From Pyrinomonadaceae bacterium (lineage in GTDB: Bacteria; Acidobacteriota; Blastocatellia; Pyrinomonadales; Pyrinomonadaceae): a DNA stretch of 64,000 nt. The stretch is taken from NCBI GenBank assembly GCA_031396065.1, contig JANNJZ010000418.1, positions 9,030-73,029 of the forward strand. The letters run 5' to 3'. This document shows, piece after piece, positions 17,668 to 26,392 of this stretch; within the stretch, counting starts at the first letter, position 1, and each line of letters begins with the position of its first letter. The notes below the pieces were generated by a model. It searched no databases, had not been told where the DNA came from, and saw only the letters and a list, made by a program, of their open reading frames with translations. Position numbers and translations under genes: made by a program.

Positions 17668-17850
17668 GATGGGGCTAAGATGGTGGCGGGACGTGTTGAT
17701 ACGAAGCCAGCCGAAGCGATCCCTTGACGACCGCGAGGCGCGTAAATACTGGCTCATATCGTTTCGTAAAACTAGGTAATACCGGTGGCATGGGACTTAA
17801 AATCCGTTGTCCGAAAGGGCGTGCGGGTTCGACTCCCGCCCTCGGCACCA
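17668..17850 (+). repeat. Direct repeat A: ~180-nt element ending in a tRNA-like anticodon arm, long variable arm, T arm, acceptor strand and CCA
   Basis: GGGACTTAAAATCCGTTGTCCGAAAGGGCGTGCGGGTTCGACTCCCGCCCTCGGCACCA resembles the 3' two-thirds of a type II tRNA-Leu(UAA). The upstream 120 nt (GGGGCTAAGATGGTGGCGGGACGTGTTGATACGAAGCC...) are not tRNA-like. No matching acceptor 5' strand or D arm lies at the correct distance. Confidence 0.6.
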
Positions 17851-18343
17851 TTACTAATCCCACTGTTAACGCGACTTCCACCAACTTAGCTGGCAGGATG
17901 TTCTCAGCGCCCAAGGACTGCAAATGGGCCGAGATGGTGACACTTCTAACCCTACTTTTTCTTGAACCTTACCCACCTGCAGGTAAATGGAAAGCTTGAT
18001 CCAGAAAACCCTTCGTTAAGTAATTTGACGAGACTCATACAAATGGAATATTGTGCGCAGAGCCGATCCGCATCATTGGCTGGCTCACGACCCGAAGTCC
18101 TCGGAACCCTTGAAACCAGCCGCGCACACCCATCACGATGTCGGGTCCTAGGAATCGGCGGAATACTGTAACAACGCTGGATCTTGTGGATCGCGGAACG
18201 TCAGACTGGATCCTTTTCGTTCCAAGACCCGGTCGCAGTCTGGCTCGAACACATGGTGACCGAACCCGACTGGCCTTTGCGTCCATCGTGCGCCCTAACG
18301 TGCGGTTAGCCCGCCTTACGACTCAGCAGGAAATGCCGACGCA

Positions 18344-19738
18344 GTGCGTAACGTTCTAATAATCAACGGAAACGGACTAGGTTCAGTTGCGTGCAACTGT
18401 GGCTCATTGGCTACATTGCTGCGCGGCGCCGAAGTTTTCGATGGCGTTCAGGAAACATCTGTCGAAAAACTCTGCTCAGTTGGTAATCTCGTGCCTGATC
18501 TCATACTGCATCGCTTCTTGCTGAGGGACTGGGCCGACCGCGGAAGGGAGATCTGCAAGACGACCTGGGCTTCGGCCAAGACGTTTGTTGTTTTGTGTGA
18601 CCAGGCTGTCCAGCGCAAGAAAGGTATCTCGTCAGCTCTAATTGATGTTGATGATTTTCTCTTCTGTCCGTATCAGGAGAATGAGCTGTTGCTTCGCCTC
18701 ACACGTCTTATCAAGGACTTACCTCAATCTGCTTCCGGCTCGGTCAATAAGGCCGCAAACCGTGCGCCAGACCGGGATCTGTTGATTGGTGATAGTCAGA
18801 GTTTTCTGCAAGCTCTTCGTAAGGTCAGTTTGATGGCACAGTCCAAAGCGCCCGTTGTCATTACGGGAGAGACAGGAAGCGGAAAGGAATTGTTGGCGCG
18901 GGCGATTCATTACCGGAGTGTCCGAAGTTCCAAGCCATTCATACCGGTTAATTGCGGCGCGCTGCCCGATGAATTATTCGAGAACGAACTCTTTGGCCAT
19001 CATAAAGGCGCCTATACCAACGCCTGGTCGGATGAAAAAGGACTAATCGCCGAGGCAGAACAAGGAACTCTCTTTCTCGACGAAGTGGACGCTTTATCTC
19101 CTGCGGCTCAAATCAAACTTCTGCGCTTTCTTCAAAGTGGCGAATACCGGCCACTCGGTTCCGCGCGAACTGTAGTCGCGGACGTTCGCATTATTGCCGC
19201 CACCAATGCGGACTTTAACTGGCTCGTCGAACAAAAGCTTTTTCGCGAAGACTTACATTATCGGCTCAACGTGCTGACTTTGTCTCTACCTGCCCTCCGT
19301 GACCGAGGCACTGATGTGGTTCAACTCGCCTCACACTTCTTATCGGTTTATGCCAGGGAATATAAACGCTTAACGCCGCGTCTGTCCGACACCTCCGCGC
19401 GAAAACTCTTGAATTATTCCTGGCCAGGAAATGTCCGCGAGCTAGAAGGAGTTATTCAGCGCGCGATCGTCTTACAACAATCGGAGGTGCTAGCGCCGGA
19501 AGATATTGAACTGCCCAAGTGCAAAGAAGAAGATGCCGGTGAGTCCGAGTTGTTTCGCCAGCAGAAATCTTTGGTCATTCGCCAATTCGAGCGGAAGTAC
19601 ATTGAGCGCTTACTCGCGATTCATGGCGGCAACATCTCAAAAGCGGCAAAAGCAGCCGGCAAGGATCGGCGTTCGTTTCAACGACTGGTCAGCAAGTACA
19701 CCTCGGATCGCAAGTGTCACCCAAGCGATTCGGAGTGA
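18344..19738 (+). CDS. Sigma54-dependent transcriptional activator (bEBP) with a degenerate receiver domain
   Basis: VVITGETGSGKELLARAIH (Walker A), GTLFLDEVD (Walker B), ELFGHHKGAYTNA (GAFTGA variant), FREDLHYRLNV, WPGNVRELE and a C-terminal Fis-type HTH. The start is a GTG. Confidence 0.85.
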   Translation: MRNVLIINGNGLGSVACNCGSLATLLRGAEVFDGVQETSVEKLCSVGNLVPDLILHRFLLRDWADRGREICKTTWASAKTFVVLCDQAVQRKKGISSALIDVDDFLFCPYQENELLLRLTRLIKDLPQSASGSVNKAANRAPDRDLLIGDSQSFLQALRKVSLMAQSKAPVVITGETGSGKELLARAIHYRSVRSSKPFIPVNCGALPDELFENELFGHHKGAYTNAWSDEKGLIAEAEQGTLFLDEVDALSPAAQIKLLRFLQSGEYRPLGSARTVVADVRIIAATNADFNWLVEQKLFREDLHYRLNVLTLSLPALRDRGTDVVQLASHFLSVYAREYKRLTPRLSDTSARKLLNYSWPGNVRELEGVIQRAIVLQQSEVLAPEDIELPKCKEEDAGESELFRQQKSLVIRQFERKYIERLLAIHGGNISKAAKAAGKDRRSFQRLVSKYTSDRKCHPSDSE

Positions 19739-19919
19739 GCCCCTTCCCCTGCAATGTTATGCGGGGACCGTCCCGCGTGCGCTGCGGTTAGGTTCCCGCA
19801 GCTTCGACCCCAAGCAAAATCTGCTTTTTCCTCACGCCGACTAACTTCTGATGCGGGAAGAACTCCGCACCCCGCCCTGCCTGGCCCGCAAAACCCGCGC
19901 ACTAACGCAATGCCGGTTC

Positions 19920-19935
19920 TGGTATCAGCCTTGCT
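19920..19935 (+). promoter_or_regulatory. Candidate sigma54 (-24/-12) promoter
   Basis: TGGTATCAGCCTTGCT compared with the consensus TGGCACGNNNNTTGCW: GG and GC are present at the correct 10-nt spacing. It lies ~45 bp upstream of the ATG at 19980 and directly downstream of the bEBP gene. Confidence 0.55.
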
Positions 19936-19979
19936 CCTGTCCTGGTTGAAGAGAATTCGCCGGCCACCCAGGAAAAGAA

Positions 19980-20243
19980 ATGGAGCGCGATGAGTTTGCT
20001 GTAAAAATTCTCAGCTATCTGGTTGCGCATCCGTTGGCAAAGGACTCGATCTCCGGGATTGAAAAGTGGTGGTTGGCCGGAAAAACACGGAATGAAGGAA
20101 GACAAAAGATTGAGGAGGCCCTGAACCTGCTTGTGTTGAGAGGTTGGTTAATTGGTCGCAGTTCACCCCAAAGTGAAACCTTCTATTCCCTTAACGAGGA
20201 CAGGGTACTGGAGATAAGAGATTTTCTGCACAAATCACGTTAA
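19980..20243 (+). CDS. Small (87 aa) protein, possibly winged-helix; first ORF of the eCIS transcription unit
   Basis: ORF with an ATG start. LNLLVLRGWLIGRSSPQSETFYSLN looks like a wHTH wing. This is weak evidence. Confidence 0.5.
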   Translation: MERDEFAVKILSYLVAHPLAKDSISGIEKWWLAGKTRNEGRQKIEEALNLLVLRGWLIGRSSPQSETFYSLNEDRVLEIRDFLHKSR

Positions 20244-20345
20244 CCGTTGAGAACACGCGTGGGCCACGCGGCGAGGAGCCAGCGCCAGTCTGGACTCTCC
20301 CGTCGCTCGGCGATTGAATTCAGCTGACTTGAAGGAGGAACGTCA

Positions 20346-22832
20346 ATGCCAGTGACGCCGCCGGTAAGTTATCCGGGTGTTTATGTTCAGGAGGTTCCCA
20401 GTGGGGTCCGCACCATCGTCGGTGTCAGCACTTCGATCGCCGTGTTCATCGGCACTTCGAGGAAGGGGCCGATCTACAAGCCGGTACATTGTTTGAATTA
20501 CAGCGCCTTCGTCGATCTCTTTGGAGATGATGCCAACGCCGGACAACTGTCACAGTATGTGCGGCTGTTTTTCCTGAACGGCGGAACTGACTGTTGGGTC
20601 ATGCGCATCGCTGCCGGCGCATCCGCTGCAACTGTAACGCTGCACGATGAGTCGGACGCGGGCACTCTGAGGCTGGACGCCAAGGATCTTGGCTTGGCGG
20701 GAGAGAATATTCGCGCGCTGATTACCTATTCAGGGTTGCAGCCGGAATCAACGTTCAATCTCGAGCTGTTTCGTTGGGAGGTGAATTCAACCGGCCAGCG
20801 CAGCCGTAAGGAAGGAGAGATATGGCGTGGTCTCTCCATGGATCCGACGTCACCCAATTACGCTCCTGGCTTCATTACGCAAAACTCGAAACTCGTCGAT
20901 GCCACTGATCTTAATGCTGTGCCGGCCGCTGCTGGTACTATTTTCGGGTTTTCTCTGTCGGGCCGCCCCGTGGAGGTTGGCGGAACCTTTCAAGCGCAAT
21001 GGCAGCCGATACTTGGTTCCACGGCAACCACCAACCGTTTCAAGATCAGCATCGGAGGTAGTCCCTATGTTGACGTGGATCTGTCAACCATCGTCGTGGG
21101 AAACAACGTAAATGCTTTGCTTGATTCTATTGGCGCCGCCATTCAGAACGCATTCGGGGCGATTGGTATTAGCAACATCATTCATTCGCCGACCGCCGGC
21201 GGCCCCGGGAATTTTGAAGTCCGTTTTCTTTCGACTGCCACGCAGACGCCCGGCAATGTCCGGCGGTTACGCATCGCGCGGGTTACTGACAACGGCGATG
21301 TCTTCATCCGTACGGGCACTACCGTAGGCGCCCAAAGGGACCTCGCAGTGCCTCTGATGCTCGGAACCGAGCAAGGCGGACTCGAGGTTTCCGGCTATGC
21401 GGAGCGCCGCCCGGCACCAACTGGAATTACACTCAATGTCCTCGATCCAGTGGTCGTCACAAGCTTAGCTGGCCTCGATCAAACAGAAGTAACCTCCGTG
21501 GCTCTGGAATCCGTCCAGAGCAGTGGCATTCCTGCGCTGCGCACGATCTCCCTGCAACCTCCGGGTTCGCCGAATGTCGTAACCGTGTCATCCCCGGCGC
21601 CACCGCCGCCACACTTGGTAAGCGAAGACGCTTCTACTGTTTCTGCCAACGGCGGTTCGGATGGTGTGCGGGAAAAGTTGGCTCTAATTGCAGAGGCGGT
21701 GAACAGGTTCACTCCGCCGGCCGGCGATACCTGGCGTTGGAAGGCCGAAGTCTGGGGTTACCGCCTCGCCTTGTTGCCGACAGAGGCGGCCGAAGACAAC
21801 TTCCTTTCGGCCGGTTTTGCCTTCACTACGACTCCTGCGCTGGCGGCCGGATCGTTCACCAACAACGTTCACTATTACAGCCTCGGCATGAGTGGCAGCT
21901 CGGTGGGATTTCAGACCAGCGCTGCCGGCCTTGCCTCTGATGGCACCCCGCCAGATCTGGCCGCCTATCGTTCGGCGTTCCCAATTCTCGACAAGGAAGT
22001 GGACCTGTTCAACCTCATGTCTCTCCCTCCGGACGCGGCGATCCCCATCGAGAGGGTTTACGGCGAGGCCAGCGTTTTCTGCCAGCAGCGCAGAGCGTTT
22101 CTGCTTATGGATCCGCCAACCGAGCCCGGCAGAACGTGGGATGACGCGCAAAAGGCGGCCACCGGGGTTGCCGCCTTACGAATTGGACTGGTCAAAGACT
22201 ACAGCGCTGTGTTCTATCCGCGCATTACCGTTGACGAGGCCGGGCTCAAGAAGAACATCGGACCTTCCGCCGCAATCGCCGGTCTTTGTGCTCGCACCGA
22301 TAGCACCCGCGGTGTCTGGAAAGCGCCGGCGGGGACTGAAGCGGATCTCCGTGGCATCGTGGGACTCGAGCAGCGGTTCTCAGACAGCGAAAACGGAATC
22401 TTGAATCCGCGCGCCGTAAATGTCTTGCGCACATTTCCCAGTGGCATTGTGAACTGGGGGGCGCGCACCAATTTCGGTGACGACAACACGCCGCACGATT
22501 ACAAGTACATTCCGATCCGGCGGTTGGCATTGTATATGGAAGAGAGCCTGTACCGGGGACTGAAGTGGGTCGTCTTTGAGCCAAACGACGAACCACTATG
22601 GGCCCAGATCCGTCTGAACGTCGGCGCCTTCATGCACAATCTTTTTCGTCAGGGAGCTTTTCAGGGACGCATGCCCAAAGAAGCTTACTTTGTAAAGTGC
22701 GATGCCGAAACCACGACGCAAAACGACCGCAACCTTGGCATTGTGAACATCTGGGTGGGGTTTGCCCCACTGAAGCCGGCCGAATTCGTGATCCTTTACC
22801 TGCAACAGATGGCCGGACAGATCGAAACCTAA
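20346..22832 (+). CDS. Contractile tail sheath protein (Cis2/Afp2-4-like), unusually long at 828 aa
   Basis: The N-terminus PGVYVQEVPSG...IAVFIGTSRKGP and the C-terminus NIWVGFAPLKPAEFVILYLQQ are hallmark sheath motifs. A strong RBS (GAAGGAGGA) precedes the gene. Confidence 0.9.
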   Translation: MPVTPPVSYPGVYVQEVPSGVRTIVGVSTSIAVFIGTSRKGPIYKPVHCLNYSAFVDLFGDDANAGQLSQYVRLFFLNGGTDCWVMRIAAGASAATVTLHDESDAGTLRLDAKDLGLAGENIRALITYSGLQPESTFNLELFRWEVNSTGQRSRKEGEIWRGLSMDPTSPNYAPGFITQNSKLVDATDLNAVPAAAGTIFGFSLSGRPVEVGGTFQAQWQPILGSTATTNRFKISIGGSPYVDVDLSTIVVGNNVNALLDSIGAAIQNAFGAIGISNIIHSPTAGGPGNFEVRFLSTATQTPGNVRRLRIARVTDNGDVFIRTGTTVGAQRDLAVPLMLGTEQGGLEVSGYAERRPAPTGITLNVLDPVVVTSLAGLDQTEVTSVALESVQSSGIPALRTISLQPPGSPNVVTVSSPAPPPPHLVSEDASTVSANGGSDGVREKLALIAEAVNRFTPPAGDTWRWKAEVWGYRLALLPTEAAEDNFLSAGFAFTTTPALAAGSFTNNVHYYSLGMSGSSVGFQTSAAGLASDGTPPDLAAYRSAFPILDKEVDLFNLMSLPPDAAIPIERVYGEASVFCQQRRAFLLMDPPTEPGRTWDDAQKAATGVAALRIGLVKDYSAVFYPRITVDEAGLKKNIGPSAAIAGLCARTDSTRGVWKAPAGTEADLRGIVGLEQRFSDSENGILNPRAVNVLRTFPSGIVNWGARTNFGDDNTPHDYKYIPIRRLALYMEESLYRGLKWVVFEPNDEPLWAQIRLNVGAFMHNLFRQGAFQGRMPKEAYFVKCDAETTTQNDRNLGIVNIWVGFAPLKPAEFVILYLQQMAGQIET

Positions 22833-22856
22833 ATCTACATTTGGAGCTGATTAACC

Positions 22857-23363
22857 ATGGCTGCACCTCAATTTCCCGTGAACACGGCCCGTTTCGATCC
22901 CTACAAGAACATGAAGTTTCGGATCAAGTGGGACGGACGATACGTTGCCGGCGTCAGCAAGATCAGTGCGCTGAAGCGCACGACTGAGCCGGTCACGCAT
23001 CGAGAAGGCGGAGATCCCAGCACGTCTCGAGTCTCGCCGAGCGTTTGGAAGTTCGACCCGATCACGCTCGAACGCGGAGTCACGCACGACCCCGAATTCG
23101 AGGCCTGGGCCAACTTGATCTACAACACGGATGGCGATGCGGCCATCTCTCTAAACCGCTTTCGAAAAGACATCATCATCGAGCTACTGAATGAACAGGG
23201 AGCAGTGGCCAAGGCCTACAAGGTTTATCGCTGCTGGGTCAGCGACTATCAGGCGTTACCGGAGCTCGATGCCAACGCCCACGTGGTGGCCATCGAGCAC
23301 ATGGTTTTGCAAAACGAGGGCTGGGAGCGCGATGTCGACGTGCCCGAGCCAACCCAGACATAG
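22857..23363 (+). CDS. Tail tube protein (Cis1/Afp1, T4 gp19-like family)
   Basis: FDPYKNMKFRIKWDGRYVAGVSKISALKRTTEPVTHREGGDPS...ITLERGVTHDPEFEAWAN is the classic eCIS tube pattern. Confidence 0.9.
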   Translation: MAAPQFPVNTARFDPYKNMKFRIKWDGRYVAGVSKISALKRTTEPVTHREGGDPSTSRVSPSVWKFDPITLERGVTHDPEFEAWANLIYNTDGDAAISLNRFRKDIIIELLNEQGAVAKAYKVYRCWVSDYQALPELDANAHVVAIEHMVLQNEGWERDVDVPEPTQT

Positions 23364-23387
23364 GCCTGAGGCGCGGAACGTATTCGC

Positions 23388-24170
23388 ATGATTGCTGAGC
23401 GCATTCCACTACGTTTCGCCGGAGCCGGTCGGGTCGCTTACCTCCGAGCGTTAACCGGACAGGATGAGTTCGCCGTCTCAGGAGTAGGCACCGATTGCGC
23501 GATCGATTTGCTGGAAACTCTGCTGGAAAAGCCTCCGGCCCTTGAGCCTGAGCCCATTCTCGCGACCGATCTCTTAGCCGCCGATCGTGATCGGATGCTG
23601 GCAGCAGTGTACGCTCGCGCTTTCGGCGATCGCATTGAAAGCACCTTGACGTGTGCGAGTTGCAGTCAACCCTTCGACCTTCATTTCTCGCTTCGAGCGC
23701 TCATCGAGTCGATTAACGAACGCACCGCCAAAGCGGAATGGAAAGCTGTCGGCAATGGAATTTTTGAAGGCCCCAAGGGTCTGCGGCTGCGGCTCCCAAC
23801 CGGGCAGGATGAACTCGCGGTGATTGGATTGCCGGTTGACGAGGGCGAGGAAATACTTTGGCAGCGTTGTTCGGCCGGTAGCAATTTGTCCTCGAGTCGC
23901 AACGAACTCGAAGACCTGCTCGAAGAGATTGCGCCGCTGCTGGATTTGGAATTGCTCGCTCGCTGCGTCGAATGCAACTTCATACATAAGATCGGATTCG
24001 ACATCCAAAGCTATCTGCTGAGCGCAATCGTTGCCGAGCGGCGGCGGTTGCTCTTTGAGATCAATTGTCTCGCCTCAGCCTATACATGGTCGCTCGATGA
24101 AATCCTGTCGCTGACGCGAAGCGATAGACGGCAACTGGTCCAGTTGATCGAGAACGAACACGTCGCGTAA
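23388..24170 (+). CDS. eCIS-associated hypothetical protein with two CxxC pairs
   Basis: Contains LTCASCSQPF and ARCVECNFIHK, and sits between the tube and cap genes. I recognise no family. Confidence 0.7.
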   Translation: MIAERIPLRFAGAGRVAYLRALTGQDEFAVSGVGTDCAIDLLETLLEKPPALEPEPILATDLLAADRDRMLAAVYARAFGDRIESTLTCASCSQPFDLHFSLRALIESINERTAKAEWKAVGNGIFEGPKGLRLRLPTGQDELAVIGLPVDEGEEILWQRCSAGSNLSSSRNELEDLLEEIAPLLDLELLARCVECNFIHKIGFDIQSYLLSAIVAERRRLLFEINCLASAYTWSLDEILSLTRSDRRQLVQLIENEHVA

Positions 24171-24185
24171 TGCGCGAAATCTACC

Positions 24186-25082
24186 ATGAAGAGTTATTTC
24201 ACCAGGCTGGCCGCCCGTGCCACAAGCTCGAAGATCGCGATCTTGCCACCGGCGAACATCGCTTCGGCTAACGATTCCTTCGCGCAATCTGTGCTCTCGG
24301 AGAATTCCTCAGCGCCATCAATCGCAAGAGTCAGTCGCGCGAAAAGCACGCCCAATGATTTGCCCTCCACGGAGCAAAGCAGGTTGGAAAAAACCGCGCA
24401 GGTTCGGTTGCCTTCAAACCGAGCGGAGCCAGATATCGGCCGGCTGCCATCTCCATCCCCGGCGATTGCCACGCAGATCCCAACAGTAATAGCGGACGAG
24501 CCTTCGGCCCTGACACGGCGAAAGAACCGGTCGGCGCCGGCGAGTAAGACGCCAGGGCCTACCGAGGTTAAGCCCGCAAAGATCATAACCCGCAGTAATT
24601 CAGCGAAAACATCCGACGAATCGGGCTTTCTGCCACCGGTTCAATCAGCGAACAAGAGCGGCGAAAATGGCGCCCATCCGCGGCGTGCCGAAGCTGAGCG
24701 AATTCCCGATCGTGAAGTCGATACTCAAACTGAAGAGACCAGGCTACTGACGAAGGCGGATGTCTTCATGGCCAAATTATTTGACCGTCAATCTGGGTCC
24801 GTGAACCCTCAGCACGTCGATACCGCTGATGAGCCGGAAAAAATAACGAGACCCTTAACCGAACCTGCCTCATTACCGAGCGGACACCCAATCAAGTCGA
24901 TCGAACGGAGTCCGAAACCTGAGCCTGATCCCCCTTCGGTGGTGATTGGAAGACTCACCGTGGAAGTAGTCCCTCCGGCGACGCCGCTTGCCGCAAGACA
25001 AGTAACTGGCGTCACGCGCATAACGCGGCGCGGTCCGAACACCGTTCCTTCCAGCCGGAGGTTTGGTTTTAGTCAATTCTGA
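24186..25082 (+). CDS. Low-complexity Pro/Ser/Ala-rich protein; candidate tail-length (tape-measure, Cis14-like) protein
   Basis: 298 aa, mostly disordered-looking, with an ordered-looking C-terminus PSVVIGRLTVEVVPPATP. The functional assignment rests on position and exclusion only. Confidence 0.6.
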   Translation: MKSYFTRLAARATSSKIAILPPANIASANDSFAQSVLSENSSAPSIARVSRAKSTPNDLPSTEQSRLEKTAQVRLPSNRAEPDIGRLPSPSPAIATQIPTVIADEPSALTRRKNRSAPASKTPGPTEVKPAKIITRSNSAKTSDESGFLPPVQSANKSGENGAHPRRAEAERIPDREVDTQTEETRLLTKADVFMAKLFDRQSGSVNPQHVDTADEPEKITRPLTEPASLPSGHPIKSIERSPKPEPDPPSVVIGRLTVEVVPPATPLAARQVTGVTRITRRGPNTVPSSRRFGFSQF

Positions 25083-25087
25083 TTCTA

Positions 25088-26392
25088 ATGCCGATCCTGG
25101 ATCTATCGTTAGTGACCACCACTTTCTTGCGGCTGCTGAGGGCGCGAGTGGATCCGCTGTGGGCGGAGTTTTTTCCGTCGCCGCCAACAATCAATTATTC
25201 CGGAGTCTCAAGCAGTAACTTGTCGGGCGATCAGGCGCTGGGATTTTTTCTTTATCACGTCAACGAGGACCCACACTTAAGAAACCAGCCACCATTCTTT
25301 AGTGATCAACCCCCGGTGCGTTTCACGCCCATGGGCCTGCAGCTTCATTACCAACTGGTAGCTCAGGCTACGGATCTCGGCGATCTCGAATTCGCTGCGC
25401 TCCGAACTCAACTGCTGTTTGGCCTGGCGTTGAAGACGCTGCATGACTATTCGATTCTGGATCGAAACACCGACATTAATGGGCCGGTGTTTCCACGCGC
25501 ATTAGAGAACACCGACAATGTTTTTCGCAGTACACTGCGAAACATTTCCCCAGCGGAAGCAGCTAGTTTCTGGACCGCGGGAGACCAGCCGGTGCGACTG
25601 GCTGCCTATTACGATGTGACCGCGACTCTGCTTCAGCCCGATCGTCCTCAGTTACGTGGCGGGCGCGTGCTGCGGTATGGCGTCCAGGTTTTCGTGAATG
25701 GCGCACCGCGGCTGGACACCAGTCGCAGCACAATTACCTTTCGATTGCCGGGCGAGACGAGCGATCGTTCTGCCGAGGTCGCGCCGGGTGAAGCGGCCGT
25801 CGGGGAAACTTTAGTTTTTGAAGGATCCGATCTAAGCGGAGACAACACGACCCTACTCATCAAGCAGGCAGGGTGGGATGAGCCGCAAGAGGTTGGGCTG
25901 GATTGGAACCTGGTTACAGGAATTGACTCCGTGCAGGCGCAGGTCCGCAGTGTGGCGGGGACCGAAGACGTCGTCCCCGGGGTTTATTCGGCTGCCGCGC
26001 GCGTCACCAGGAATCGTCAAATGCCTGATGGCAGCACGCGCGGTTTTGCTCACACGTCCAACGATGTTCCCTTCACCGTCACACCGCAGATTACTAATCC
26101 GGCATACAACGCCATCGCCGCGGCGGCTGGTCCGCGGAACATCGCAACTATTACCGGCGGCGTCTTCCGGCACGCGGAAGTCACTCCGGAAAACGTCAGA
26201 GTGATCGTGGGACCTGCGCCGGTACCAATCGAAACCACTGCGGCGCTCAGGCCGGGCCGTTTTGAAATTGTGGACGCAACCCAGCTTCGATTTCGATTTC
26301 CCATCGCCGGACTGTCATCCGGTCAGGTGTTGCCGTTGAGAATTATTGTGAACGGAGCGGAAAACTCCCCTCGGTGGGTGCGAGTGCCATGA
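25088..26392 (+). CDS. DUF4255 (Pvc16/Cis16-like) tail terminator/cap protein with a long C-terminal extension
   Basis: LDLSLVTTTFLRLLRARV...GDQALGFFLYHVNEDPHLRNQPP fits the N-terminal DUF4255 signature. Confidence 0.8.
   Translation: MPILDLSLVTTTFLRLLRARVDPLWAEFFPSPPTINYSGVSSSNLSGDQALGFFLYHVNEDPHLRNQPPFFSDQPPVRFTPMGLQLHYQLVAQATDLGDLEFAALRTQLLFGLALKTLHDYSILDRNTDINGPVFPRALENTDNVFRSTLRNISPAEAASFWTAGDQPVRLAAYYDVTATLLQPDRPQLRGGRVLRYGVQVFVNGAPRLDTSRSTITFRLPGETSDRSAEVAPGEAAVGETLVFEGSDLSGDNTTLLIKQAGWDEPQEVGLDWNLVTGIDSVQAQVRSVAGTEDVVPGVYSAAARVTRNRQMPDGSTRGFAHTSNDVPFTVTPQITNPAYNAIAAAAGPRNIATITGGVFRHAEVTPENVRVIVGPAPVPIETTAALRPGRFEIVDATQLRFRFPIAGLSSGQVLPLRIIVNGAENSPRWVRVP

Noticed and set aside
17668-17850. 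Calling repeat A a functional tmRNA (ssrA) or a complete tRNA-Leu(UAA) gene
   Set aside because: The 5' GGGGCTA cannot pair with the 3' CCTCGGC acceptor strand, and there is no G3.U70 context. I found no tag-like reading frame ending in the usual ..AA stop. No D arm or acceptor 5' strand lies at tRNA distance upstream of the anticodon-like arm. I kept it as a tRNA-like repeat of unknown class.
26374-26388. Longest-ORF start codons from the track for several genes (26374, 34304, 45821, 33598, 59828, 11229, 48409)
   Set aside because: The upstream extensions overlap the preceding gene or lack an RBS. Downstream ATGs at 26389, 34511, 46067, 33604, 59786, 11211 and 48451 have GGAG-type RBSs or ATGA coupling.
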